Source: an uncultured Candidatus Saccharibacteria bacterium (GTDB taxonomy: Bacteria > Patescibacteriota > Minisyncoccia > Phycocordibacterales > UBA9973). From it: a stretch of 64,000 nucleotides of DNA. The stretch covers positions 27,556 to 91,555 of the forward strand of contig CAYXYC010000001.1 of NCBI GenBank assembly GCA_964469225.1, read 5' to 3'. The notes beneath the pieces are model-generated. The model saw only the letters and a program-made list of their open reading frames with translations, was not told the origin of the DNA and did no database searches. A program made the translations under genes and the position numbers. Numbering within the stretch: position 1 is the stretch's first letter; the number at the start of each line of letters is the position of its first letter. Of this stretch, positions 56,444 to 64,000 are shown in pieces.

Positions 56444-57523
56444 ATGCTTCCACTTCCGTATAGTCGCTCATTTCCAACACCAGCATTTCTTGCTCGGCAT
56501 TCTTTCGCTCTTGATATTTCTGACCAGTCAATAAAATACGGCGAACTTGTAATGTCTCCTTATGGTCTTCATCTTGGTCGTTTCGGCAAAGAAAAAATTG
56601 CCCCTGGTGTCATTATGTCAGGAAAAATAGAAGAGGAAGAAGCATTGATTGAAATTCTTCGCAGTCTTCGCCTTCGTGAAAATATGCATTTTGTTCGTGT
56701 ATCTTTACCAGAAGAACAAATGTATCTATTTACTCTTTCGTTGCCACAAGTCAAAGATGTAAATCTTCGCGACGCAATTATGCTTCAGCTCGAAGAGCAT
56801 ATCCCAATTCCAGCCATCGAAACAACATTTGATTACAAGGTCATCTCTGAAACAGAAACAACTATTTTTGTTTCTGTTGTGGCTATTGCGAATGCAGTTG
56901 TTGAAAGTTACCTTTCTGTATTTCATCGAGCGGGGCTTGTTCCGCTTTCTTTTGAACTTGAAGCTGAAGCAATTGCCCGTGCTGTTGTTCCTTTTGATGA
57001 TCCGTCACCAGTAATGATTATTGACCTTGGCCAATCAAAAACAGGTGTTTTGATCGCTGAGCGTGGAAATGTTTTGTTTACAACAACACTTGATATCGGT
57101 GGAGCAACACTGACAAATATGATTGCTAAAAATTTCGGTATTTCATCTGATGAAGCTGAAAAAATGAAGCGGTCTTATGGAATAGACGAAGCGAATGAAA
57201 AGAATGATATTTTTCCTGTGATTGCAAACGGAATTTCAGTTCTTCATGATGAAATAAACAAGCATTATATTTATTGGCAGACGCACAGTGAAAATGGTGA
57301 ACATAGAAATCCAATCAACAATATCTTGCTTTGTGGAGAAGGGTCGAATCTCTCTGGCATTGAAGAATACTTACAAGCAAGTATGATGATGAAAGTAACT
57401 CATGCTCATCCTTGGGTTAATATTTCACATATGGATATTACAGTTCCAGATATTTCTTTTGAGGAGTCGCTTGGGTATGTAACAGTGCTTGGTTTATCTC
57501 TTGGTGATTATCACTATGATTAA
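56444..57523 (+). CDS. pilM: Type IV pilus assembly protein PilM
   Basis: LDISD.SIK, E.E..A..R, IDLG...T, GG..LT..IA, LCG.G. Confidence 0.85.
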   Translation: MLPLPYSRSFPTPAFLARHSFALDISDQSIKYGELVMSPYGLHLGRFGKEKIAPGVIMSGKIEEEEALIEILRSLRLRENMHFVRVSLPEEQMYLFTLSLPQVKDVNLRDAIMLQLEEHIPIPAIETTFDYKVISETETTIFVSVVAIANAVVESYLSVFHRAGLVPLSFELEAEAIARAVVPFDDPSPVMIIDLGQSKTGVLIAERGNVLFTTTLDIGGATLTNMIAKNFGISSDEAEKMKRSYGIDEANEKNDIFPVIANGISVLHDEINKHYIYWQTHSENGEHRNPINNILLCGEGSNLSGIEEYLQASMMMKVTHAHPWVNISHMDITVPDISFEESLGYVTVLGLSLGDYHYD

Positions 57524-58052
57524 TGTATTACCACAATCTGAAAAGGATAGCCTAACCCGAGATTATTGGATGCGTTTTGGGAGCGTTGTGTTTTTTCTTG
57601 CAACATTGAGTGCAGTCTTTTCGATTATTCTTCTTGTTCCTTCATATTTCTTCTCTGTTTCAAAATTATCACTTGCAGGAGAGCGTCTTTTTGTGTGGAA
57701 CGAATCTCATAAAATGATAAATGCTGATACAACCCATAGCGTTATTGATGATACAAATCAGAAACTTGGATTATTGAACACAGCGTCGGTTCGTCAGATT
57801 ACAAAGGAGGCGCTCGTTCCAATTCTCTCACTTCGACCATCGGGTGTGACATTTTCTCAAATCCTCTATGGTAATCAGGGGGAAGGGTTAAAAAAGATAG
57901 AGATTCATGGTAGTGCTTCCGATAGAACGACTCTCCGTACTTTCCAAAGCTCGCTTGATAAAAGTGGAAGATTTTCTTCGGTAGATATTCCGCTCTCAAG
58001 TTTTTTAGGAAAGAAAGATATTCAATTTACTGCATCCCTTACTCTTAAATAA
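57516..58052 (+). CDS. pilN: PilN-like protein
   Basis: MIN(V)LP start, TM helix, I.G.A..R..L..F...L; overlaps the pilM stop. Confidence 0.75.
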   Translation: MINVLPQSEKDSLTRDYWMRFGSVVFFLATLSAVFSIILLVPSYFFSVSKLSLAGERLFVWNESHKMINADTTHSVIDDTNQKLGLLNTASVRQITKEALVPILSLRPSGVTFSQILYGNQGEGLKKIEIHGSASDRTTLRTFQSSLDKSGRFSSVDIPLSSFLGKKDIQFTASLTLK

Positions 58053-58053
58053 T

Positions 58054-58578
58054 ATGAAAAATAATCGCACAACATTACTTTTTTGGATTTCACTTGCATT
58101 TTTTCTTGTGGCGCTCGGCGGGGTAATCTTTTTCATTCGATTTATTGCAGAAAAAAACGGCGAAACAGCACGCCTTATTGAGACGCTTGAAACAAATATG
58201 AAAAATTTTGAAAACCGCACTGAGCTTGAAAAAAAGATTGCGGAAGCAGAAACAATTCATTCGAGAATTTCTGGGTATTTTGTTGATGCTGATCGGATTG
58301 ATATGTTTGTAGATCAGGTTGAATCACTTGGAATACAAACAGGCACGACTGTTGTGATTAAAAGTGCTGACGGTATTCCTGATAAACCGAATATTCTCGC
58401 GCTCAAAATTTCTTTTACTGGAACCTTTTCATCTGCTATGAACATGCTCTCGCTTTTTGAGTCATTGCCGTATGATATTTCAATCTCAAATATTTATATG
58501 AATAAAGACACAAGCCTCAATGCAGATACAAAATCACAGTGGCAGTTTGATATCGTTTGTACAATCAAAACAACATAA
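58054..58578 (+). CDS. pilO: PilO-like protein
   Basis: TM helix, coiled coil, G.F.......L..LPY; third gene of the pilM operon. Confidence 0.6.
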   Translation: MKNNRTTLLFWISLAFFLVALGGVIFFIRFIAEKNGETARLIETLETNMKNFENRTELEKKIAEAETIHSRISGYFVDADRIDMFVDQVESLGIQTGTTVVIKSADGIPDKPNILALKISFTGTFSSAMNMLSLFESLPYDISISNIYMNKDTSLNADTKSQWQFDIVCTIKTT

Positions 58579-58581
58579 AAT

Positions 58582-58899
58582 ATGAATTCATTTTTTACAC
58601 ATTTTAAACAAGCAAAAAAATCTTCTCATGTAATGCACGAGCTAAATCCTCATCGGCAGTGGATAATATTGGTGCGGGCTTCAATTTTTGTTGGTTTTGG
58701 ACTTGTTGCGATGAGTATTTATTTTCTTTTTCAAATTCGTAACGACCAAGTATTTCAATTTTCGCGTTCTCGTACAGTGAAAACACAAGCAGTAAATGAA
58801 AAAGCATTAAAAAAGACAACTGATTTATTTGAAGAAAAAGCGCGTATCCATGAAGACCTTATAAAAAACGCACCAGTGTACCGTGATCCGAGTATATAG
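58582..58899 (+). CDS. Single-TM protein at the end of the pilMNO operon
   Basis: NP.R.W, TM helix, ends DPSI. Confidence 0.6.
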   Translation: MNSFFTHFKQAKKSSHVMHELNPHRQWIILVRASIFVGFGLVAMSIYFLFQIRNDQVFQFSRSRTVKTQAVNEKALKKTTDLFEEKARIHEDLIKNAPVYRDPSI

Positions 58900-58959
58900 G
58901 GCCCAGCAGAAAGGGTTGAATTATATTAAAAATATGATATTATTCGGCTGTGCTTTTAC

Positions 58960-59035
58960 GCGCGATTAGCTCAGTTGGTAGAGCAACCCGTTTACACCGG
59001 GAAGGTCGGGGGTTCAAGTCCCTCATCGCGCACCA
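58960..59035 (+). tRNA. tRNA-Val(UAC), CCA encoded
   Basis: GCGCGAT TAGCTCAGTTGGTAGAGC...loop TT-TAC-AC...GGTTCAAGTCC...ATCGCGC-A-CCA. Confidence 0.93.
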
Positions 59036-59057
59036 AACTAACACCGAAGGTGTTGAG

Positions 59058-59156
59058 GAGGGGCTTGAAAGCCGGACTCCGACGCAGGTCGGAGGAGGCG
59101 GGGTAGCAGAATTTTTCAGCAGAAAAATATCTGTGACCAAGTCCCTCATCGCGCAC
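59058..59156 (+). repeat. tRNA-Val-derived structured repeat unit
   Basis: gaggggcttgaa (anti-T-arm, 59058-69) ... caagtccctcatcgcgcac (59138-56 equals 59015-33). Confidence 0.75.
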
Positions 59157-59184
59157 ATTATTGTGATACGATAGAACTATACAT

Positions 59185-59256
59185 GTCCCCGTAGTTAAAT
59201 GGATATAACTGCGGACTTCTAAGCCGCTATTCGAGGTTCGATTCCTCGCGGGGACA
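59185..59256 (+). tRNA. tRNA-Arg(UCU)
   Basis: GTCCCCG...loop CT-TCT-AA...GGTTCGATTCC...CGGGGAC-A. Confidence 0.92.
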
Positions 59257-59257
59257 C

Positions 59258-60040
59258 ATGAAAATAAAAATCATTTACGAAGACGAAAATATTATCGCTG
59301 TTGATAAACCAGCGGGGATTTCAGTGCATGGTGATGGTAAAACAAACGAGGAAACAATTGCCAGCTTTTTACTTGCACATTATCCAGAAATTAGTGATGT
59401 TGGAGAACCTATGAAAATTGAATACAAGGGGGAGCAGATTACTATTCCTCGCCCTGGTATTGTTCATCGTCTAGACAAAGAAACATCAGGTGTATTGTTG
59501 ATTGCAAAGAATCAGGAAACATTTCTTAATCTCAAACAACAATTTCAAAATCATACAATCGAGAAGGTGTATCGCGCGTTCGTTTATGGCTGGGTGCCGG
59601 AACCAAATGCATCTCTTGTGACAGGGAAGCGGGGAATTATTTCTGCGCCAATTGGACGAAGTTCGAGTGATATTCGCGCGTGGACAGCCGGTCGTGGTGC
59701 TCGCGAGCCGATTCGCGATGCAGTAACAGAATACACTGTGCTCAAAAGATTTAGTGATAACGATGAAGAGAAGCCAACTGTAGAACATAGATTCTCATAT
59801 ATTGAGGCATATCCGAAAACAGGGCGGACACATCAGATTCGCGTGCATATGCGCTATATCAATTTTCCTGTGGTGTCTGACCCTATTTATCGCGGAAGCA
59901 AAGAGCGAGCGCTCGGCATGAATCGCCTCGCGCTTCACGCTTACCAGGTGACATTTACACTTCCAAATGGCGAACGAAAAACAATTCAGTCACCCCTTCC
60001 GGTTGATTTTGAGGGGGTTATTAAAACATATATGGCGTAA
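59258..60040 (+). CDS. RluA/RluD-family pseudouridine synthase
   Basis: [33 protein letters not shown]. Confidence 0.93.
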   Translation: MKIKIIYEDENIIAVDKPAGISVHGDGKTNEETIASFLLAHYPEISDVGEPMKIEYKGEQITIPRPGIVHRLDKETSGVLLIAKNQETFLNLKQQFQNHTIEKVYRAFVYGWVPEPNASLVTGKRGIISAPIGRSSSDIRAWTAGRGAREPIRDAVTEYTVLKRFSDNDEEKPTVEHRFSYIEAYPKTGRTHQIRVHMRYINFPVVSDPIYRGSKERALGMNRLALHAYQVTFTLPNGERKTIQSPLPVDFEGVIKTYMA

Positions 60041-60084
60041 GCCAATTCTTGCGGAAAATATATTTCTGTGATAGAGTATACGCC

Positions 60085-60483
60085 ATGGAAAAAACGAAAG
60101 AACAATTCACTCCGGTAGATGTAGCAAGTCGAAAAAAGCTTGATTTTAAAGCGGGCGACACTGTTCGTGTATGGGGTAAGATTCAAGAAAAAGGTAAGAC
60201 TCGCCTCCAAGCATTTGAAGGGCTTGTTCTTTCACGAAAGCACGGCACAGAAAGCGGGGCGACATTTACTGTAAGAAAAGTTGCATCAAATGTTGGTGTA
60301 GAACGCATCTTTCCTCTCTATTCTCCAAACATCGACAAGATTGAAGTATTGAAGAAATCAAAGACTCGCAGAAGTAAACTCTATTACATTCGAACAAAGG
60401 CAGTTAAAGAAGTGAAGAAGCGATTGAAGAGTATTACTCTTTCAAAAGAAGAATCAGAAGAAGCATCAACTAACGAAGAATAA
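60085..60483 (+). CDS. rplS: 50S ribosomal protein L19
   Basis: F.AGDTVRV, R.Q.FEG, TFTVRK...[17 protein letters not shown]. Confidence 0.96.
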   Translation: MEKTKEQFTPVDVASRKKLDFKAGDTVRVWGKIQEKGKTRLQAFEGLVLSRKHGTESGATFTVRKVASNVGVERIFPLYSPNIDKIEVLKKSKTRRSKLYYIRTKAVKEVKKRLKSITLSKEESEEASTNEE

Positions 60484-60566
60484 AAATAATGCTGAAAACA
60501 TAAAACCCGCGTAAGCGGGTTTTATGTTGAAAAAAGTCCATAAATGGTGTATATATAGAAAGCAAT

Positions 60567-60650
60567 GCGCGGGTGTTGAAACTGGTAGACAAGCATCCTT
60601 GAGGTGGATGTGCCCTTACGGGTGTGGAGGTTCAAGTCCTCTCCCGCGCA
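60567..60650 (+). tRNA. tRNA-Leu(GAG)
   Basis: GCGCGGG...CATCC-TT-GAG-GT-GGATG, long variable arm, GGTTCAAGTCC. Confidence 0.92.
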
Positions 60651-60810
60651 CAAAACATAAAACCCGCACTAAGTGCGGGTTTTATGTTTTGTGCAGGCTC
60701 GGACCTAAAGTATTTTGTATATGCAAAATGTTCTATTCGCGCAGAAAAACACTTTCCATGGAAAGAATAAAATTATATTAATTTTAAGATGAAATGATAT
60801 ACTATATCTT

Positions 60811-62871
60811 ATGATTACGGATCAGCTCGTTTCTTATATTGAAAGTCAATTAAAGAAAAATCTTCCAAAAGAAATTATCACTTCTCGTCTCTTGCAAGCT
60901 GGTTGGCACCCGCTCGATATTGAGGAGGGGTTTTTGGCTATTGCTTCATCTGGTGTTCCGTCACCCGTTCCGTCACCCGTGATATCAACTACTACAACTG
61001 AATCAAAAAATGAAGTAAAGGTTGATCCGTATCGTGAATTACCTAATGGGAATTCTCCCCAGACAAATACCTCGCCTAAAGTGTGGATACCTCGCAGTGT
61101 TGCGCCAACTGAAGAAATTACCGTGCAACCAACCCAAGTAAAACCTGCCTCTCCATCACCAATTGTTGCTGAAACAGATCGAACCCAAAAATTCCAATCA
61201 AAAGTATATGTGTATGTTATTCCAACGAAAGACGACAAGGCGCAAACTGCCGCTCAGGTGATAAAAGATGATTTATTCCCAGCGCTTTCACCTAAAGAAA
61301 TTGTATCTCCTTTACCTGAGCAATTACCAAAACATGATGGCCAGAGTGTTTCAGGGGTTGCGCCAACTAATCAAGAACAAAAACCTATCCCAGTCACACA
61401 ACAAAATGTACATCAATATGTTTCTCCCACACAAATAAATAATATTTTACCAGTTGATGCACAGATTTCTTCTTCATCATCACCACGACGATTTGGTAAA
61501 ATTGCAAGCGTAGTATTACTAATACTTGTTCTTTTTGGTTTGGTTTTTAGTATTAAATCTGGGTATATAAAAATCCCTTCTTTTTCATTTGTGAAAAAAG
61601 ACCCGAAGGCTGTTATTTTATCTCTTGGTTCATCACTTAAAAAATATGATGCATACTCTGCTGATACAAAAATTGTTATTTCTTCACCTCTTCTAACCGA
61701 CATCACAACAGGTATTTTAAGTGGGGAAGCGGTGTCTTCAACTGAGCGAGATTTCATTTCTTTTTCGATAAAAAGCACGATTGATAATCGTCAATCATTA
61801 CTTGCAAGTCATGCGGTTACAATTCAGAGTTCGCTTCTTACTCAAGCACTTCTCGTTTCAGTTGTTCGTATGTCTGATATAACAACAATCCGCATTCCTG
61901 ATTTGGAAAGTATTTTTCAGTCATCAGCTCCACCTGCATCTCTTGTTTCAATTAATGACAATGATTTACCCCGTGTTATTGATGAATTGCCTTTCTCAAT
62001 GAAAATCTTTATTAAAAATAGTGATACCGCACACCTTTTTTCAAAGGGTATTTCTCCATACATAAAAACAGAATCACGAAATACGCTCAAAGAGCTTGTA
62101 TCATCATTGAGCATCAACCAAAAATCTGACGAAGTGATTCATGATGTAAAAACACATCATTACAATATTAATGTTGACCGTCCAACAGTAAAACGATTCC
62201 TCTCTGAACTTATTAGAATATCTGGATTTTCATTTGATGAAAACAATAAATCGCGTGTTGATGAAGCGATAGGTTCGCTCGGCGTAGATTCGTTTGAAGT
62301 ATGGATTGGTGATGGTGACAATATTCTTCATCAGTACAAGTTGTCGCTTTCGTTGCCTCTCTCAAAAGTAATTGGTTTTGATGATAATGGTATTGCGGGA
62401 AATGAAGTCCATATTGATATAACTGGTTCGTTCTATGATTTTGATATTCCTCATGTTATTGAACTCCCGCAAAATGCAACTAACTTTTCGCAATTTGTAA
62501 ATACAATTAGAGATTTCAAAATTAAAAATACACTCTCATCTTTTACTTCACAGGCAAAGGGATTGCAGAAAATCGAAGGTCGCTATGGTCGTGTTCCTAA
62601 TGGAACGGGGAGTTGTCTTTCTCCTGTTTCTGGATCACTTTTCTCTCCGACTGGGCATGCTGATAAGGCCCACGCGCAAGTTGCTTTAATTGCAGGCGCA
62701 ATGAACACGCTTCTTTCATCAACAACACATGCACCTGTTTGTTATTCAACAGCATCTGCGTGGCTCGTTGCGGCACCGCTTTCAAGCGATTCATCTCTAA
62801 TCTTTTGTGCTGACAGTACTGGCGCGAACAAGACTCTCTCTTTAATGCCTCGTGGTACAACTTGCAAATAA
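60811..62871 (+). CDS. Large bitopic membrane protein with Pro-rich cytoplasmic linker and Cys-containing pilin-like C-terminal domain
   Basis: N-terminal L..YI.......I...LL.AGW...DI; one TM; ends W...APL......FC.DSTG.......C. Confidence 0.65.
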   Translation: MITDQLVSYIESQLKKNLPKEIITSRLLQAGWHPLDIEEGFLAIASSGVPSPVPSPVISTTTTESKNEVKVDPYRELPNGNSPQTNTSPKVWIPRSVAPTEEITVQPTQVKPASPSPIVAETDRTQKFQSKVYVYVIPTKDDKAQTAAQVIKDDLFPALSPKEIVSPLPEQLPKHDGQSVSGVAPTNQEQKPIPVTQQNVHQYVSPTQINNILPVDAQISSSSSPRRFGKIASVVLLILVLFGLVFSIKSGYIKIPSFSFVKKDPKAVILSLGSSLKKYDAYSADTKIVISSPLLTDITTGILSGEAVSSTERDFISFSIKSTIDNRQSLLASHAVTIQSSLLTQALLVSVVRMSDITTIRIPDLESIFQSSAPPASLVSINDNDLPRVIDELPFSMKIFIKNSDTAHLFSKGISPYIKTESRNTLKELVSSLSINQKSDEVIHDVKTHHYNINVDRPTVKRFLSELIRISGFSFDENNKSRVDEAIGSLGVDSFEVWIGDGDNILHQYKLSLSLPLSKVIGFDDNGIAGNEVHIDITGSFYDFDIPHVIELPQNATNFSQFVNTIRDFKIKNTLSSFTSQAKGLQKIEGRYGRVPNGTGSCLSPVSGSLFSPTGHADKAHAQVALIAGAMNTLLSSTTHAPVCYSTASAWLVAAPLSSDSSLIFCADSTGANKTLSLMPRGTTCK

Positions 62872-62872
62872 T

Positions 62873-63298
62873 ATGACTACCGAACTTTTCTTTACTTTAT
62901 GTGTTAGTGCACTAGGTCTTTATGGGTTTTTGCTCGCATCTCATATTCATTCAAAAAAAGCGCAAAAGACAAAATTAGTATGTCCAATGCGTTCGAATTG
63001 TGATACTGTTATACATTCTGATTACTCGACTCTTTTTGGCATTTCAGTTGAAGTACTGGGAATGATTTATTATGCGTTTATTGGTGGAGTATACGGTCTT
63101 ATTTTTGTTTTTGGTTATTCTTCGCCTTTAATATTTCTCGTATTGTTATGGTGCTCACTTGGAGCGGTTGTTTTTTCTATCTATCTCGTACTCATCCAAG
63201 CACTCGTGCTCAGGCAGTGGTGCTCATGGTGCTTGATGTCTGCGAGCATCACGATACTTATTTTTCTGGTGTCATATTGGCATTTGGGCCTCATCTAG
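62873..63298 (+). CDS. Vitamin K epoxide reductase (VKOR) family protein
   Basis: C.....C..V..S.YS..FG, WCSWC (CxxC) active site. Confidence 0.9.
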   Translation: MTTELFFTLCVSALGLYGFLLASHIHSKKAQKTKLVCPMRSNCDTVIHSDYSTLFGISVEVLGMIYYAFIGGVYGLIFVFGYSSPLIFLVLLWCSLGAVVFSIYLVLIQALVLRQWCSWCLMSASITILIFLVSYWHLGLI

Positions 63299-63365
63299 AT
63301 TTCTGAGTGGTTTTCTGGTATAAAAGGTTAGATTCCGTTATAACTAATGGAATAAAGTTTAATAT

Positions 63366-63438
63366 GGTGCCTATAGTGTAATGGTTAGCACTAGAGTTTG
63401 TGGAACTCTCAGTTCGGGTTCAAATCCCGGTAGGCACC
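63366..63438 (+). tRNA. tRNA-His(GUG) with encoded G-1
   Basis: G-GTGCCTA...AGAGT-TT-GTG-GA-ACTCT...GGTTCAAATCC...TAGGCAC-C. Confidence 0.92.
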
Positions 63439-64000
63439 CAATTTAGTATCTATTATAACTTTGCTTTTTTCTTTACTACTAAAGACTTTTTGTTGTTTTT
63501 GGTTCTTGTAAGTGATGATGTTTAGTCGCATCAATTCCTGAAATAGTGGGTGGTATCGCTCTTTTATTATAACGCCATCTACTACATCAAAACCATCAAA
63601 GAAAAAATCTATAAAGCGTTTCTGTAAGCCTTCTGATGCGTTCATGTATGTACCATAAATATCTTTAGTGAAATTCAAGACTTCACTAGCTCTTTCAATG
63701 TCAACGTCCTTAGCTTTCTTTAATTTACCAAGCCTTTCATGAATTTTATTAATCTCAGAATTTATTTCTTTAGTAATACGGCTGTAGCTCCCTTTTGGGA
63801 GTGTCTGGTCTAGTAATCGTTCTTCTGCAACTCTAAATTTAGCTTCCCAAGCATTCTTTTGGTTGATTAGCCTTCTTTGGTTTATATCGTACTCTTTTCT
63901 ACGCCCCAAAAATGTTGCTCTGACTTTCTCAATAATTGAGTTAACAAATCCAGATTCGAACTGTAAATCTTTGAATTTATCGGCCACTTGATTTTCGAGT
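63409..64000 (-). CDS. C-terminal part of a probable second large serine recombinase; extends beyond the window and ends inside tRNA-His antisense
   Basis: Frame open to the window edge; coiled coil then Y..AS...QK.....FF, paralleling the recombinase at 45660; ends LGAYRDLNPN; catalytic domain not visible. Confidence 0.6.
   Translation of the reverse strand, partial: LENQVADKFKDLQFESGFVNSIIEKVRATFLGRRKEYDINQRRLINQKNAWEAKFRVAEERLLDQTLPKGSYSRITKEINSEINKIHERLGKLKKAKDVDIERASEVLNFTKDIYGTYMNASEGLQKRFIDFFFDGFDVVDGVIIKERYHPLFQELMRLNIITYKNQKQQKVFSSKEKSKVIIDTKLGAYRDLNPN

Noticed and set aside
58940-59174. ORFs 58940..59158 and 58950..59174 (also 60524..60781, 42584..42793, 49684..49926)
   Set aside because: They overlap tRNAs or tRNA-derived repeats; spurious translations
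1-64000. CRISPR array or cas genes
   Set aside because: No regularly spaced direct repeats with unique spacers and no cas-like ORF seen

Overview
Chromosomal region around the replication origin of a small-genome Patescibacteria/CPR bacterium (Parcubacteria-like, inferred from gene content, compact genes and few Shine-Dalgarno motifs). From left to right it holds pcrA/uvrD and rsmA, then a ~16-kb co-oriented secretion locus (large secreted proteins, VirB6/TrbL-like, PrgI, VirB4-like ATPase, a VirB2-type pilin fused to an M15 peptidase). Next comes jag-yidC-yidD-rnpA-rpmH / dnaA-oriC-dnaN, then housekeeping genes (class A PBP, tyrS, ruvABC, pilB, tsaE, plsC, polA, holA, mutM, rpsT, rplS, pilMNO), seven tRNAs and two tRNA-linked large serine recombinase genes. 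The most striking unexplained structure is a set of tiny palindromic mobile-like DNAs. (i) A 276-bp element carries only an 84-aa GIY-YIG nuclease between perfect 12-bp inverted repeats and duplicates the ATGAAT start of the downstream gene; an ORF-less relative duplicates the ATGAT start of holA. (ii) A family of structured units beside three tRNAs is bounded by an inverted copy of that tRNA's T-arm and a direct copy of its 3' end. (iii) Short in-frame palindromic insertions appear in rsmA, mutM and the recombinase catalytic motif. All calls are by eye; no database searches were run.
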